Part shown: one piece after another, positions 1 through 13,994 of the stretch
How positions within the stretch are numbered: the first letter of the stretch is position 1
Layout: the number at the start of each line of letters is the position of its first letter
Assembly: GCA_002269645.1 (NCBI GenBank)
Contig: NIVC01000436.1
Coordinates: 248,001-312,000, forward strand
Source of the DNA: Macrostomum lignano
Taxonomy: Eukaryota
Direction of reading: 5' to 3'
Length of the DNA stretch: 64,000 nt
The notes under the pieces: generated by a model
Database searches by the model: none
Told to the model about the DNA's origin: nothing
Seen by the model: the letters and a program-made list of their open reading frames with translations, nothing else
Made by a program: the position numbers and the translations under genes

Positions 1-841
1 CCGTACAACCTCAGCCCTCGCAGTCTCTCTCCGGCCCACCACCGCGGTCACAGTGGCGGCGGCGGCGGCGGCGCTCCTTTGTCGCCTTTCGGCGGAAATT
101 CCTCTGTCGGTGGTGGAGGTGGCGGCGGGTTCTGTCTGCCTCGGACCAGCTTGGAGATGCTGGGCTCGCTGCCGCGGATCACCATTAGTCCACACGTGCC
201 GGAAGCTGAGGAAGACAACAAAGGTGATGAAGCTACCACTGACCAGCAGCCGCCACTTCAGCCCTACAGACTCGATGGCGTCCGCAGCGAGCTGGCGAGT
301 CCCGTCGGGCTGCTGTCGGATCCGAGTCACTCCAAGTCCGACACGTCGCTCGTGTCGATGCGCTTCTCCGTCGGAGAAATGGCGGCCGGCGGGACAGCCG
401 ACGACAACGCGGCGAAATTCACCGGCGCTCCAAACGCGACAAGCAGCTCCTCCATGACCCGCTCCTGGTCCTCCATGGAGGATCTGAGCGGCCATGCATC
501 ATCGGCTGTCCGCAGTCAGCCGCACCGACGACCCGTCGATGCCGGGCCAATGGCTGGAGAAGCTTCCAGCTCGGCAGCAACGCTGCTGACAATTCCTCAG
601 GACGTTGCCTCGGCCGCCGCCGCCGCCGCCGCCAGCGCTGCAGCCGAGGGGTCACCCGACAACGCCGACAACCTGTACCCGACCTCGCGATCGCGCAGCA
701 TCCTCCGAGCTCAGACTGTTGACGACGCCGATTCCGAGTTTGTCAGTCGACGACCGCAGCGCGCTTCCCTAGTCGATTTTGTCACCTGGCCGCACTTCAT
801 CCCGGATACGGTCAACCCGCAGGTCGGGGGCACTTTTCAAG
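1..841 (+). CDS. FMN: Formin (FMN/Cappuccino class): large low-complexity N-terminal exon, 5'-truncated by the window edge
   Basis: Frame is open from base 1 (PYNLSPRS...DTVNPQVGGTFQ-G). The donor G|GTAGGG at 842 is phase 1 and matches the exon at 5888, creating the DEP-type motif TFQGQSLLSWL. Confidence 0.75.
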
Positions 842-1413
842 GTAGGGGGACTCTAAATGATATTAGAACCGACCTTGATTCGAAATTTAATTTCAATCGA
901 CTCAATTTTACTCGCAGTGTGTGTGCTATTACACATTTTTTCTTTCCTAATTTCGTCTACTCCCCTCTCCCCCCCTCCCCCCCCCCTATAATGCTTCTCG
1001 AGCAGCTCAGCCTGCTTCAACTCTTGAGTGCCAGAGCACTATAGTGGGAATGATTGCAAGCCTTGGATGAGAGTGTGTGGGCGAGAAGAGGATGAAGGCG
1101 TGGAATTGGGAGTTGCAATTCGGGCATTTCTATGGGTTGTGGAATGGGGCAGAGCAACTGCTCAGTGCGAGCACAGTAAGTCTTTGCGCTGGCAATCTCT
1201 CGCTTCTTTCTCTGCCTCTCTCTCTGGGATCGGCAATCTCTGTGCAACTCGTTACAGCATGTTTGCACAAAAGTTGTTCAGCCTAGTGCCAGTGCCATCG
1301 CCTGGGTCTGATCGATCTTCTTGCTGCCTCTCGGGCGCGTTGGAGCTGAAGCAATTTCCCTTGGTAGCAACTGTTTGAGAGCACCAGGGACTGCGGTGTC
1401 TGCCTGTCTGTAT

Positions 1414-1961
<548 letters not shown>

Positions 1962-3124
1962 CCACCGCAAGAGAAGTAACGCTATGAAGCAGTCCAAATT
2001 CCAAATTCCTGTCCTGCACTTCCCCTTCTTTTCTCCCTCCAATCCTTTCCCTTCCAGTTTGCTCGAACTCAAACCAAACCGAAGCTGTCTTCCTACCCAG
2101 CCTCTCCATCGCACATTTGCCCTCTTTTTATTTGGCAAGAAGAAACTCATTGCTTTCTTGCCCCGCCCTCCCTCCTCATCCAAGTCGCGTCAAAGTAGCG
2201 CAGGTGGCAGCTGTATTGGAGAACTGGCGCCCCAGCCGTACAACTCTCCCCCCGCAAGAAAACAAGATGAAGGAAGAAATCCTTTTAGAGGAAGTTTCAG
2301 AAGCAAACAGATAGCTGAGGCGACGCGAGACAGGACGCGGAGCTGGGGAGAGTCAAAGTTGCGGAAAACACGAGACAACTTTGCTCCAAAAGGAATGAAG
2401 AAATTGGGAAAATGAAACAGGAGAGGAGAAGACGGGAGAGCGACGGGGCCAGGCGTTCCCCGCCCCAAGCCAGTTGCACCTGGGAGGAGAGACACGCGAC
2501 TACAGTACACTCTCACACTACGAGCGACAGGTAGCTTTCAAATGCACTTTTCTGTCAGATACAAATACGAGCACTACTGGGCTGCTTTCTTGAGCGAAAT
2601 TTTCACTGACACAACTTCAGGTTAAGTACAATTGGTCCTGGTTAGTAAGTCAGTACGTTACGTGGCGAGTAAATGAAAAAACATGGATAAACATGATAAA
2701 CAGGATGACCTTCAAAAGTTGTGACCTAGGCTTGACACAGCAAAACACACGCAAATGCTTCCTGACTATAACTTACTTGATATACCCACTCATACGGCAC
2801 TCATACTTGGATTTGAACTGCAAATATTTATATAATCGTGTTGTTTCGAAATCAAAATTAAAATCGTTGATGCTATATATACGTTTACGTGATGATATTA
2901 TAAACGTAAAAGTTAAGATTAGGCTCAGACTGTGCGAAAAATACACGTATACACGGTACACTTTTCCCAAACTAGGCAGATTAATCGTTATCAGATAGGA
3001 ATTTAAAATAGACAAAAATTGTCAGAAAAAAGTTTCTGTTAAAGAATTACAAGTTTTTGAAAATGATTCAGTAGTTTTTGAGGAGACGCGAAAAATATAC
3101 GATGACGTCATCTTTGCTTCGGAT

Positions 3125-3169
3125 TTAGTATATTAGACTAGCCATGTAGCCCCCCTTCGGCGGGGAGCT
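3125..3169 (-). mobile_element. Helitron-like 3' terminus (hairpin + CTAG)
   Basis: Minus strand AGCTCCCC-GCCGAA-GGGGGGCT hairpin, 6 nt, CTAG, then TCTAATATAC. Confidence 0.45.
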
Positions 3170-4344
3170 TAAACATAACTTCCGTTTCCCGTTGAACCTT
3201 TTCCCTTAAAGCTTTTCAATCTGGCTGCTTCACAATCCCTTTTTGGTCATAGATGACAATAAAAAGCAAGTCTTCAGTAGCTTGACTATGCTAGCCAGCT
3301 AAGGATTGAATCGCTTGCTCCTACAGGCTGAATTGGCTTGGAAAGTGATATACTATCAGTACGCTCGTAACTAAGTAAGGCTTTTTAAGACAACTCTAAA
3401 TAGAAACTTTCATGCTTTTTCTAGAAGTTTTAATCGAGAAAAAGATTTGTTTAAGAATACACATTGTTTCCTCGTTGTCGCAAAGCGTTTCTCCAAAATT
3501 TTATCGAACACACGCAAAGAGAAATATGTGTACTGGAGGCTCAGAATGTGCAGCAGATATTGTCAATACGTAAAAACTGAATAATGAGCTCTGCTAAGCT
3601 TCCGTTTTTTGGATATTTCCCCTATACCTAGATGCATGTTATGTAGCTCGCATTGGGGCAAGTGCTTAATAAGCCATCTAGTGCTCTTATTATGGACGGT
3701 CGCAGAAAGCTTGCCTAGCTCTGCTAAAAAACTAGCATTTCCATGTCAGCTCACTCCACTGGGCTGTCCAGCTCTACCCAGAACGGTAGCGGGGGCAGGG
3801 CTGTTCCCAGGCCAGACTGTACGCGCATTTATTAAATCCTCTGAAGCCTCCCTACAACCCGCGGCCTCAGCTCTCGATTTATCCTAAGCCTAGGGAACTG
3901 GGATTTGGCATTTAGTGCGTCGCGCAAGGCAAGACGAGGGTAAGGGATAGAAGTCTGCTAATGAGACTTGGGAGCTGGCAGAGGTAGGTAGGGGGCTAGC
4001 CTGACCAATCTAATTCTTTTCTACTTAACTGCCAACTCATACTTAATATCTGCTTGAAAGCAGTTCAAAGCTATCCTATTCTTCAGTGTTCTCTTTCTGA
4101 GTTTTATAAAAATTCCAAATTTAGCTACTATGCTTATGCTGCAATCAGAGATATTGATCAACCGAGATACGGTCAAGGGCCGCTTAGAAAAAGTGTATCG
4201 TAATTTTTACAAGGCTCACATGCAAAGATATAATATACTCGTTATATAACTGTGACTGTCGCGACTTTCTTAGTCATTTCTTCAGTTCATCTGTACTTGT
4301 CCTATTTGCTCTTTTTTCTCTCCCTCTGTCCATTTCAGTCTTGT

Positions 4345-4347
<3 letters not shown>

Positions 4348-4412
<65 letters not shown>
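4348..4412. repeat. (CT)n microsatellite
   Basis: Direct reading. Confidence 0.99.
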
Positions 4413-4417
<5 letters not shown>

Positions 4418-5360
4418 TCCCTCGCTGCCTTCTGATTGGCTCTTCAGTCTCGTTATTCTTATCTCTCTCCCCTTGAGTCTCGTTATTCTTATCTCTCTCT
4501 CCCTCGCTGACTTCTGATTGGCTCTTCAATCTCGCATCTTTCTTTAGTCGCGCACTCCACTCATTTGCACTCAACCCCCACCCCATTAATCTAGTTAATG
4601 ACTTATACTCGTAAATACACCCAAATGGGCCCTGCGCCCAACCAACTTTAGATTTTCATATCATTAGATAGTTTCTCTTATTTTTATCTACGTACTATCA
4701 TCTATTATCTACGGCCCCCGAACAAAAATGCCTGTATAAATGTAGATTTAGAATTTCAATGGTACCTCTACAGAGAACCTCTACAGTAACTATTGACGCT
4801 TGTAAGAGGAAGGATTTACACTGGCGCGCTCTCTGATATATGCATGGTCGCTTTTATTTTTTTATTCCTTGGTTTCTTCGGCCTTTAGCGATCAGCGAGA
4901 GAGCGATGAGAGTAGAGACAGATGAGGTAAATGGAGACTGGTCCACACTGTCGGATGGTGCAGATGGTGCATACACAACAGACTGCAAGCTCGATAAATT
5001 ATGCATTTTATTCTCTCGTCTCTCCCCTCCCTTTCTCTATACCCCTCTCAGTTCGTTCAGTTATAATTCCGCACTAGAGTTGCCTATGGGCCGCGATCTC
5101 GCCTATATGTGCAGCATAATCCCAAGGCCTTAATCCTCGGGCTTCCGGGAGCACACGCCGTTGAGTGGGAAGATTCCACTACCGGGCTATGGCTAACCGA
5201 CGATGTCATGTGAACTCTACCTTGTAGTTATTTGTAGAGAGAGAAAGTTTTCTTTGTAGCTCAGCAAATGTTAAAGGATATTGGAGGTTAAGGGATTTTT
5301 TACTTAGTCTGCTTATGGAGTCGAAGTGTATACAGTGGTGTCAATGGAAGTAGGATCTAG

Positions 5361-5724
5361 GGTCTAGAAGTAGCTGAAATTGTCTAGAAGTAGCCAATAG
5401 GGTCTAGAAGTAGCCAATAGGGTCTATAAGTAGCCAATAGGGTCTAGAAGTAGCTAATAGGGTCTAAAAGTAGCCAATAGGGTCTAGAAGTATAGCCAAT
5501 AGGGTCTAGAAGTAGCCAATAGGGTCTAGAAGTAGTCGATAGGGTCTAGAAATAGCTAATAGTGTCTAGAAGTAGCTAATAGGGTCTAGAAGTAGTTAAT
5601 GGAGTCTAGAAGTATAGCCAATAGGGTCTAGAAGTAGCCAATAGGGTCTAGAAGTAGCTAATAGAGTCTAGAAGTAGCCAATATGGTCTAGAAGTATAGC
5701 CAATAGGGTCTAGAAGTAGCCAAA
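5361..5724. repeat. 20-bp minisatellite GTCTAGAAGTAGCCAATAGG
   Basis: Direct reading. Confidence 0.95.
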
Positions 5725-5887
5725 ATGATCTATAAGTACGCTCGTAGGCGTTACGTTAGCAAATCTTGGATTTGGGGTTTAGGATAGCGCATTGGGAGAT
5801 CTCTTATCGAGACAGATGCAGCTGTGCAGATCAGCCTATTTGATGCAGATGTTTTATAACCCTATTAATTATCCCCATGCATTGCAG

Positions 5888-6045
5888 GACAGAGTCTGCT
5901 GTCTTGGTTAACCAGTTCGGCACATTTTCTCAACGTAAAGGCGCGCGGTGAACTGTACCTGTTCGTCAATCAGGTTTGCACCTGCCTGCTAGCTCTGGGC
6001 GTCATTCGTCAGGTGCAAAGCGAGGCGCCAAACTCAGTGTTTAGG
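5888..6045 (+). CDS. FMN: Formin exon encoding the core of a DEP domain (not in the ORF track)
   Basis: Acceptor TTGCAG|; translation GQSLLSWLTSSAHFLNVKARGELYLFVNQVCTCLLALGVIRQVQSEAPNSVFR; donor AGG|GTGAGA, phase 0. Confidence 0.8.
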
Positions 6046-6155
6046 GTGAGAATTTAATAATAATTATGAGCTTAATCAGCCACAAATTCAGTACGTTGAA
6101 TGTCATTTTAATTTTAAAGCCATCAGTTAACCCATGCAGATAACTAGATTTTTAC

Positions 6156-7383
6156 TTAAACACTAGCGATTCAATTTAAACACTCGCGATTCAATTTAAA
6201 CACTAGCGAATCAATTTAAACACTAGCGATTCAATTTAAACACTAGCGATTCAATTTAAACACTAGCGATTCAATTTAAACACTAGCGATTCAATTTAAA
6301 CACTAGCGATTCAATTTAAACACTAGCGATTCAATTTAAACACTAGCGATTCAATTTAAACACTAGCGATTCAACTTAAACACTAGCGATTCAATTTAAA
6401 CACTAGCGATTCAATTTAAACACTAGCGATTCAATTTAAACACTAGCGATTCAATTTAAACACTAGCGATTCAATTTAAACACTAGCGATTCAATTTAAA
6501 CACTAGCGATTCAATTTAAACACTAGCGATTCAATTTAAACACTAGCGATTCAATTTAAACACTAGCGATTCAATTTAAACACTAGCGATTCAATTTAAA
6601 CACTAGCGATTCAACTTAAACACTAGCGATTCAACTTAAACACTAGCGATTCAACTTAAACACTAGCGATTCAATTTAAACACTAGCGATTCAATTTAAA
6701 CACTAGCGATTCAATTTAAACACTAGCGATTCAATTTAAACACTAGCGATTCAATTTAAACACTAGCGATTCAATTTAAACACTAGCGATTCAATTTAAA
6801 CACTAGCGATTCAATTTAAACACTAGCGATTCAATTTAAACACTAGCGATTCAATTTAAACACTAGCGATTCAATTTAAACACTAGCGATTCAATTTAAA
6901 CACTAGCGATTCAATTTAAACACTAGCGATTCAATTTAAACACTAGCGATTCAATTTAAACACTAGCGATTCAACTTAAACACTAGCGATTCAATTTAAA
7001 CACTAGCGATTCAATTTAAACACTAGCGATTCAATTTAAACACTAGCGATTCAATTTAAACACTAGCGATTCAATTTAAACACTAGCGATTCAATTTAAA
7101 CACTAGCGATTCAATTTAAACACTAGCGATTCAATTTAAACACTAGCGATTCAATTTAAACACTAGCGATTCAATTTAAACACTAGCGATTCAATTTAAA
7201 CACTAGCGATTCAACTTAAACACTAGCGATTCAACTTAAACACTAGCGATTCAACTTAAACACTAGCGATTCAATTTAAACACTAGCGATTCAATTTAAA
7301 CACTAGCGATTCAATTTAAACACTAGCGATTCAACTTAAACACTAGCGATTTAATTTAAACACTAGCGATTCGATTTAAACAC
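6156..7383. repeat. 20-bp minisatellite AAACACTAGCGATTCAATTT, ~60 near-identical units
   Basis: Direct reading. Confidence 0.98.
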
Positions 7384-7820
7384 CGGAAATTGAATTCAAA
7401 CATTTCTATATTTAATAAAACTATTTGAATATGCCAAAATATCAAACTGAAAACAACAAACAAGTACAAAATATGCTCGAATGATTCAACTGCCTAAATT
7501 GGAAAGCAATTTTGCTTTTTCGGAAGCAGCATCATTTCTCCACTGCGATATCAAATGCTGCAGTGAATTTATTTGAATTAACAAAAGTTATTAATAGACA
7601 AATCTGGTAGTTTATGTACAAGAGACCTTTATAGAATTTAATAAACCATAGCATTTTGCTATTATTGTCCGCTATTGTCAAGTGGAATCATGCAGCTAGC
7701 AGCTGTTCATACCAGTAGCCATTGACAATGAACTGCAGCCTGTCCCAATGCCCCGAATTCTGCCTTTCCGACCGAATCTCCATCACTGTGCTGTATCCCG
7801 AACCGCCTTCGACGTTGCAG

Positions 7821-8564
7821 CCGCACGAGTTCTACGAATGGTGCGGCCAGCAGGCTCCTCCGCCAGAAACGCAGCCGACGTCTCAGCAGCAGCAGCAGCA
7901 CAACTTGTCGCCTTCAAGACGTCAGCAACGACAGCTTCAACAGCAACCGACAGTTGGCGAGTCCGCAGAAGACGCTGTCTCTGCCGCCCTCGCCCAGGCG
8001 AAGCGAGACTTTGATGACAGAATCCACCGGCTGCAGCTGGAGCACAAGGAGGAGCTGGAGCGGCAACGGCAAGACGCTGATTTAAGAATCTTCCAAGCTA
8101 AAAATGAAAGCGTCATGAAGGTCTGCAGTCTGCGCGACAAAATCGAACAGCTCGAGCAGCGGGTTGAGAAGTATCGGATTCTAGCTGGAATCGAGGGCTT
8201 GCTCAGCGGTCAGGATGTTGCTGCGGTGGCGACGGCTTCCGCTGTCGCTGACAAAAGCGGCTCTAGCAAGACTTTAATGGCCGCTGCTGCTCAGGGCTCA
8301 GCGATTGGCTCTGATTCCGCTTCCGCAGCTGCTGGTACCGCAGCTCCTCCAGTCGGGCCAGCCAGCTTTGACAAGTCGGTGGACACCAGCGATATTCAGC
8401 AGGTGCTGGGCGAGCTCAGCAGCAGCAGTCCCGAGTCGCGCAGCCCGTTGGCAAGCGCCTCCGACTGCGCACCGATGACTGTCGACGCTTCAGCGCAGAC
8501 GGACGTCTCGGGATTCGCGGCACCGCCTCCGCCGCCGCCTCCGCCGCCGCCACCGCCACCGCCG

Positions 8565-8599
<35 letters not shown>

Positions 8600-9223
8600 C
8601 CCTCCACCGCCACCGCCACCTCCCCCACCGCGACCAAGCAGCCTCAGTGGCGGCGCCGCCAAGTCTGCCAGCAACCAGCAGCAGCCGGGCTCCCAGGTGA
8701 GCGTCAAGGAGCAGATCATGCACTGGCAGGAGCAGTCAGTGGAGCCGCACCGCCGGGCCTGTCTCAACCTGAAGACGCTCTACTGGTCGCCGATCTACTT
8801 GAACCGGCTGCCGCCTGGCAAAGCCGGAGTCTGGGAGTCCGTCGACAGGATGGCGCTGCCAAACTCGCGCGATCTTGAGCGCCTGTTCGCCAGGCCGAGT
8901 GGCGAGTTGAGCAAGGCGGGTCGAGCCGCCAGCGCGGCCGGCAACTTGGACAGCCCGCTGAGTGCAAGCGCCGAGGGGAAGCCGTCCGGCTCTCCCGCCA
9001 AGCTGTTAAACTCGAAACGGGCTCAGAATTTAGGCATTTTTATTGCTGCAACCCAGATAGACAAGGAAGCTCTGTACAGCTGTTTGGTGGCCTTTGAACC
9101 TGGCTGCATCTCCGTGGAGCAGCTCAAACAGCTGCGCGATCTCACGCCAAGTCAGGAGGAGATGGCTCAGATTAAAGAGTTCGTGGCCTCAAATCCTGGA
9201 GCAGTTTTGGATCGGCCTGAGCG
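7821..9223 (+). CDS. FMN: Formin exon: end of DEP, coiled coil, polyproline FH1, N-terminal FH2
   Basis: Acceptor TTGCAG|CCG (PHEFYEW). Poly-Pro run at ~8520-8630; FH2 motifs LKTLYWSPI, LERLFA, KRAQNLGIFI, LDRPE; donor CG|GTGAGT. Confidence 0.93.
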
Positions 9224-9275
9224 GTGAGTCTGTGCAGGTTGACTGCATCAAATTACTGCTGGTAATATAACTCAA

Positions 9276-10512
9276 CTCTCACCCAGCTCTGTGCATTCGG
9301 TGAGCATCTACTCTCACCTAGATCTGTCCTTTAGTGAGCATCTACTCTCACCTAGATCTGTCCTTTAGTGAGCATCTACTCTCACCCAGCTCTGTCCTTT
9401 AGTGAGCATCTACTCTCACCTAGCCCTGTCCTTTAGTGAGCATCTACTCTCACCCAGATCTGTCCTTTAGTGAGCATCTACTCTCACCTAGATCTGTCCT
9501 TTAGTGAGCATCTACTCTCACCCAGATCTGTCCTTTAGTGAGCATCTACTCTCACCTAGATCTGTCCTTTAGTGAGCATCTACTCTCACCCAGATCTGTC
9601 CTTTAGTGAGCATCTACTCTCACCCAGATCTGTCCTTTAGTGAGCATCTACTCTCACCCAGCTCTGTCCTTTAGTGAGCATCTACTCTCACCCAGCTCTG
9701 TCCTTTAGTGAGCATCTACTCTCACATAGATCTGTCCTTTAGTGAGCATCTACTCTCACCTATATCTGTCCTTTAGTGAGCATCTACTCTCACCTAGATC
9801 TGTCCTTTAGTGAGCATCTACTCTCACCCAGATCTGTCCTTTAGTGAGCATCTACTCTCACCCAGCTCTGTCCTTTAGTGAGCATCTACTCTCACCCAGA
9901 TCTGTCCTTTAGTGAGCATCTACTCTCACCCAGCTCTGTCCTTTAGTGAGCATCTACTCTCACATAGATCTGTCCTTTAGTGAGCATCTACTCTCACATA
10001 GATCTGTCCTTTAGTGAGCATCTACTCTCACCAAGATCTGTCCTTTAGTGAGCATCTACTCTCACCCAGATCTGTCCTTTAGTGAGCATCTACTCTCACA
10101 TAGATCTGTCCTTTAGTGAGCATCTACTCTCACCTAGATCTGTCCTTTAGTGAGCATCTACTCTCACCCAGCTCTGTCCTTTAGTGAGCATCTACTCTCA
10201 CCCAGCTCTGTCCTTTAGTGAGCATCTACTCTCACATAGATCTGTCCTTTAGTGAGCATCTACTCTCACCCAGCTCTGTCCTTTAGTGAGCATCTACTCT
10301 CACCCAGCTCTGTCCTTTAGTGAGCATCTACTCTCACCTAGATCTGTCCTTTAGTGAGCATCTACTCTCCCCCAGCTCTGTCCTTTAGTGAGCATCTACT
10401 CTCACCTAGATCTGTCCTTTAGTGAGCATCTACTCTCACCTAGCTCTGTCCTTTAGTGAGCATCTACTCTCACCTAGATCTGTCCTTTAGTGAGCATCTA
10501 CTCTCACCTATA
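9276..10512. repeat. 34-bp minisatellite CTTTAGTGAGCATCTACTCTCACCYAGMTCTGTC
   Basis: Direct reading. Confidence 0.98.
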
Positions 10513-10559
10513 TATGTAACTTTGGTGAGAGTCTCAGCTACTCTTAGCTTTTTAAATCA

Positions 10560-10868
10560 TAGATTAGATTAGATTAAATTAGATTAGATTAGATTAAATT
10601 AGATTAGATTAGATTAGATTAGATTAGATTCGATTAGATTCGATTAGATTAGATTAGATTAGATTAGATCAGATTAGATTAGGTTAGATTAGGTTAGATT
10701 AGATTAGATTAGATTAGATTAGATTAGATCAGATTAGATTAGGTTAGGTTAGATTAGATTAGATTAGATTAGATTAGATTAGATTAGATTAGATTAGATT
10801 AGATTAGATTAGATTAGATTAGATTAGATTAGATTAGATTAGATTAGATTAGATTAGATTAGATTAGA
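10560..10868. repeat. (GATTA)n pentanucleotide repeat
   Basis: Direct reading. Confidence 0.97.
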
Positions 10869-10989
10869 TAAAATTGGATATGTCAGACTATTTAAGCTAC
10901 TGCATTACGCTGTGAGTAGTCAGCATCCACATAGCTGCAGTAACCAACAGTTGTCAACTTAGACACACACGCAATGTCACTCGGCACAG

Positions 10990-11263
10990 ATTTCTGCTAT
11001 CAATTTCGGAGATTCCGTTCTTCTCGGAGCGTCTGCACTGCATGCTGTTCCAATTGGAGCACGAGGACTGCGTCTCAGCGCTGGAGTCTCGCGTCACCGC
11101 GCTCATCTCGGTCTGCCGTCAGCTGTACGAGAGTCGATCGGTGCGAAAAGTGCTCAGCCTGGTGCTGGCGCTGGGCAACCTGCTCAACTATGGCACCAGT
11201 AGAGGGCGCGCAGATGGATTCGGTCTGGAGATTCTGGGCAAGCTGAAGGATTTGAGATCCTCG
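10990..11263 (+). CDS. FMN: Formin FH2 exon
   Basis: CAG|A acceptor, phase 2; RFLLSISEIPFFSERLHCMLF...VLALGNLLNYGTSRGRADGFGLEILGKLKDLRSS; donor GTTAGT. Confidence 0.95.
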
Positions 11264-11317
11264 GTTAGTTGATGAGGCTTATGCATTTTAATACTGATGT
11301 AGCCATGCAGCCTGTCT

Positions 11318-12652
11318 CAGGTGCTTACCTGCCTGTTTTATAGGTGCTTACCTGCCTGTTTTAAAGGTGGTTACCTGCCTGTTTTATAGGTGCTTACCTG
11401 CCTGTTTTAAAGGTGGTTACCTGCCTGTTTTATAGGTGGTTACCTGCCTGTTTTATAGGTGGTTACCTGCCTGTTTTATAGGTGGTTACCTGCCTGTTTT
11501 ATAGGTGGTCACCTGCCTGTTTTATAGGTGGTTACCTGCCTGTTTTATAGATGGTTACCTGCCTGTTTTAAAGGTGGTTACCTGCCTGTTTTATAGGTGG
11601 TTACCTGCCTGTTTTAAAGGTGGTTACCTGCCTGTTTTATAGGTGGTTACCTGCCTGTTTTATAGGTGGTTACCTGCCTGTTTTATAGGTGGTTACCTGC
11701 CTGTTTTATAGATGGTTACCTGCCTGTTTTAAAGGTGGTTACCTGCCTGTTTTAAAGGTGGTTACCTGCCTGTTTTATAGGTGGTTACCTGCCTGTTTTA
11801 TAGGTGGTTACCTGCCTGTTTTATAGGTGTTTACCTGCCTGTTTTATAGGTGTTTACCTGCCTGTTTTATAGGTGGTTACCTGCCTGTTTTATAGGTGGT
11901 TACCTGCCTGTTTTAAAGGTGGTTACCTGCCTGTTTTATAGGTGGTTACCTGCCTGTTTTAAAGGTGGTTACCTGCCTGTTTTATAGGTGGTTGCCTGCC
12001 TGTTTTAAAGGTGGTTACCTGCCTGTTTTATAGGTGGTTACCTGCCTGTTTTATAGGTGGTTACCTGCCTGTTTTATAGGTGTTTACCTGCCTGTTTTAT
12101 AGGTGGTTACCTGCCTGTTTTATAGATGGTTACCTGCCTGTTTTAAAGGTTGTTACCTGCCTGTTTTAAAGGTGGTTACCTGCCTGTTTTATAGGTGGTT
12201 ACCTGCCTGTTTTATAGGTGGTTACCTGCCTGTTTTATAGGTGTTTACCTGCCTGTTTTATAGGTGTTTACCTGCCTGTTTTATAGGTGGTTACCTGCCT
12301 GTTTTATAGGTGGTTACCTGCCTGTTTTAAAGGTGGTTACCTGCCTGTTTTATAGGTGGTTACCTGCCTGTTTTAAAGGTGGTTACCTGCCTGTTTTATA
12401 GGTGTTTACCTGCCTGTTTTATAGGTGGTTGCCTGCCTGTTTTAAAGGTGGTTACCTGCCTGTTTTATAGGTGGTTACCTGCCTGTTTTATAGGTGGTTA
12501 CCTGCCTGTTTTATAGGTGTTTACCTGCCTGTTTTATAGGTGGTTACCTGCCTGTTTTATAGATGGTTACCTGCCTGTTTTAAAGGTGGTTACCTGCCTG
12601 TTTTATAGGTGGTTACCTGCCTGTCTTATAGGTGGTTACCTGCCTGTCTTAG
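11318..12652. repeat. 23-bp minisatellite GGTGGTTACCTGCCTGTTTTAWA
   Basis: Direct reading. Confidence 0.98.
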
Positions 12653-13028
12653 GTAAATGAGGCAAAATGAGAAAACAGGGGTAAAAGAATAGGAGAAAAT
12701 GAATAGGGAGTGGATATTGGATTGTTTGTGTGTAATTGTAACAAGTTACAGTTATTGCCTGAATAAAGCACTAGATATATTTTCATAATATTCTAACCTA
12801 TGATGAGTATTGCTTAATCTGTCTCAGGCTGAGCATACTTGTGTTTCTCAAAGCTACTTCAAGGTAAAGTATTATATTAGTTATGCCAAGTTCATTTGTT
12901 ACATTAAAGTTCGACTGCTGTTGAAGTTTTAAAGTTTAAAAAAACTTTGTTGACTAAATCTTGCACTGTTTCTTGAAGTTCTACTTCAAAAACAAAACAG
13001 AATTCATCAAAAATGAATTTCATCTCAG

Positions 13029-13311
13029 GAGAACACCTGCACGCTATTCCAAGTGCTGGTTAGCATGTACATCGACGAGTACTGGGAGAGCGGCGGCCCC
13101 GAGCTGGGCACCGTAGTGCCGTTCCCTCTGCCCGACCCGGAAGAGGTCAAGCAAGCGGCCGAAGTGGATCTGGCCGGGGTGAAAGGCGAACTGCGGCACC
13201 TGTCGGCCAGGCTTATTGCCAACGAGAAGATTGTGAGAAAGGTGGCCACCTCGTCTGCGCCTAGCGAGCGGGAACCGTTTGCTAAGAAGATGAACTCGTT
13301 TCTGGATAGAG
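13029..13311 (+). CDS. FMN: Formin FH2 exon
   Basis: ENTCTLFQVLVSMY...FPLPDPEEVKQAAEV...EPFAKKMNSFLDR. The FPLPxP motif is typical of FMN1/2/Capu. Donor G|GTGAGC. Confidence 0.95.
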
Positions 13312-13578
13312 GTGAGCTGAGATCAGCAATGCTTGTAATAATTAACTGTTATTGGATGCAGTAGCTTGTTTGTTTGTTCTGGGGAACCGTTCGCAAGTTT
13401 GGTTCGAGTGTGACATCCAGAGTAAATATTAGATAACAAACACTCAGGACTTGCTTGCACCGTCGACACCAAAATGAGCCATTGAATTGCATATGAATCC
13501 GATGTACAATCGCACAAAAATTGGCTTGTTTTGTTGGCGAGCTGTTCGACCGAGAGGTGCAGGTCGCCAGCTCTGTAG

Positions 13579-13760
13579 CAGGGGCGTAGGGAGGGGGGGA
13601 TAGGGGGATGTATCCCCCCGAAGAGCCTGACCAAAACATTTTTGTTGCCCTTTGTTGCTATACATGCTACCATTTGACTCTGTCATAGCACTTTTTCCTT
13701 GGTGTATCCCCCCCCGTAGAAAATTCACCTTGGTGTATCCCCCCAATTGAAATGAAAAAT
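13579..13760 (+). mobile_element. Solo hAT-like MITE end
   Basis: Begins CAGGGGCGT followed by G/C runs like the 55679 element; no matching right end found. Confidence 0.4.
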
Positions 13761-13994
13761 TGAAATGAAAATGGATTTGAAATGAAGACGGTCAGTGTAT
13801 CATCAAAGAAGCCGCCTGTTGTGTCAACGGTGTAAAAGTAGTTCAGGGAATCGAATAATCGAGCGCTTAATTGTACCAACGATTATCTATTTTTGTTGCA
13901 CACTTCTGCCAATCCAACAACAACATGTGCTGTCAAGGTCTTTAGAAAGGTAACATGTAGAGTCACAGTGGGCGCCCCTGGTCCGAGCGAATCC

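Noticed and set aside
823-828. Alternative donor CAG|GTCGGG for formin exon 1
   Set aside because: Phase 0 does not fit exon 5888 and would remove the TFQG DEP motif; the donor at 842 fits.
7722-7820. 5' part of the 501-aa ORF as coding
   Set aside because: Probably intronic read-through; the acceptor at 7821 completes the DEP motif in phase.
10560-10868. Interstitial telomere
   Set aside because: The unit is TTAGA with only sporadic TTAGG, not a TTAGGG or TTAGG array.
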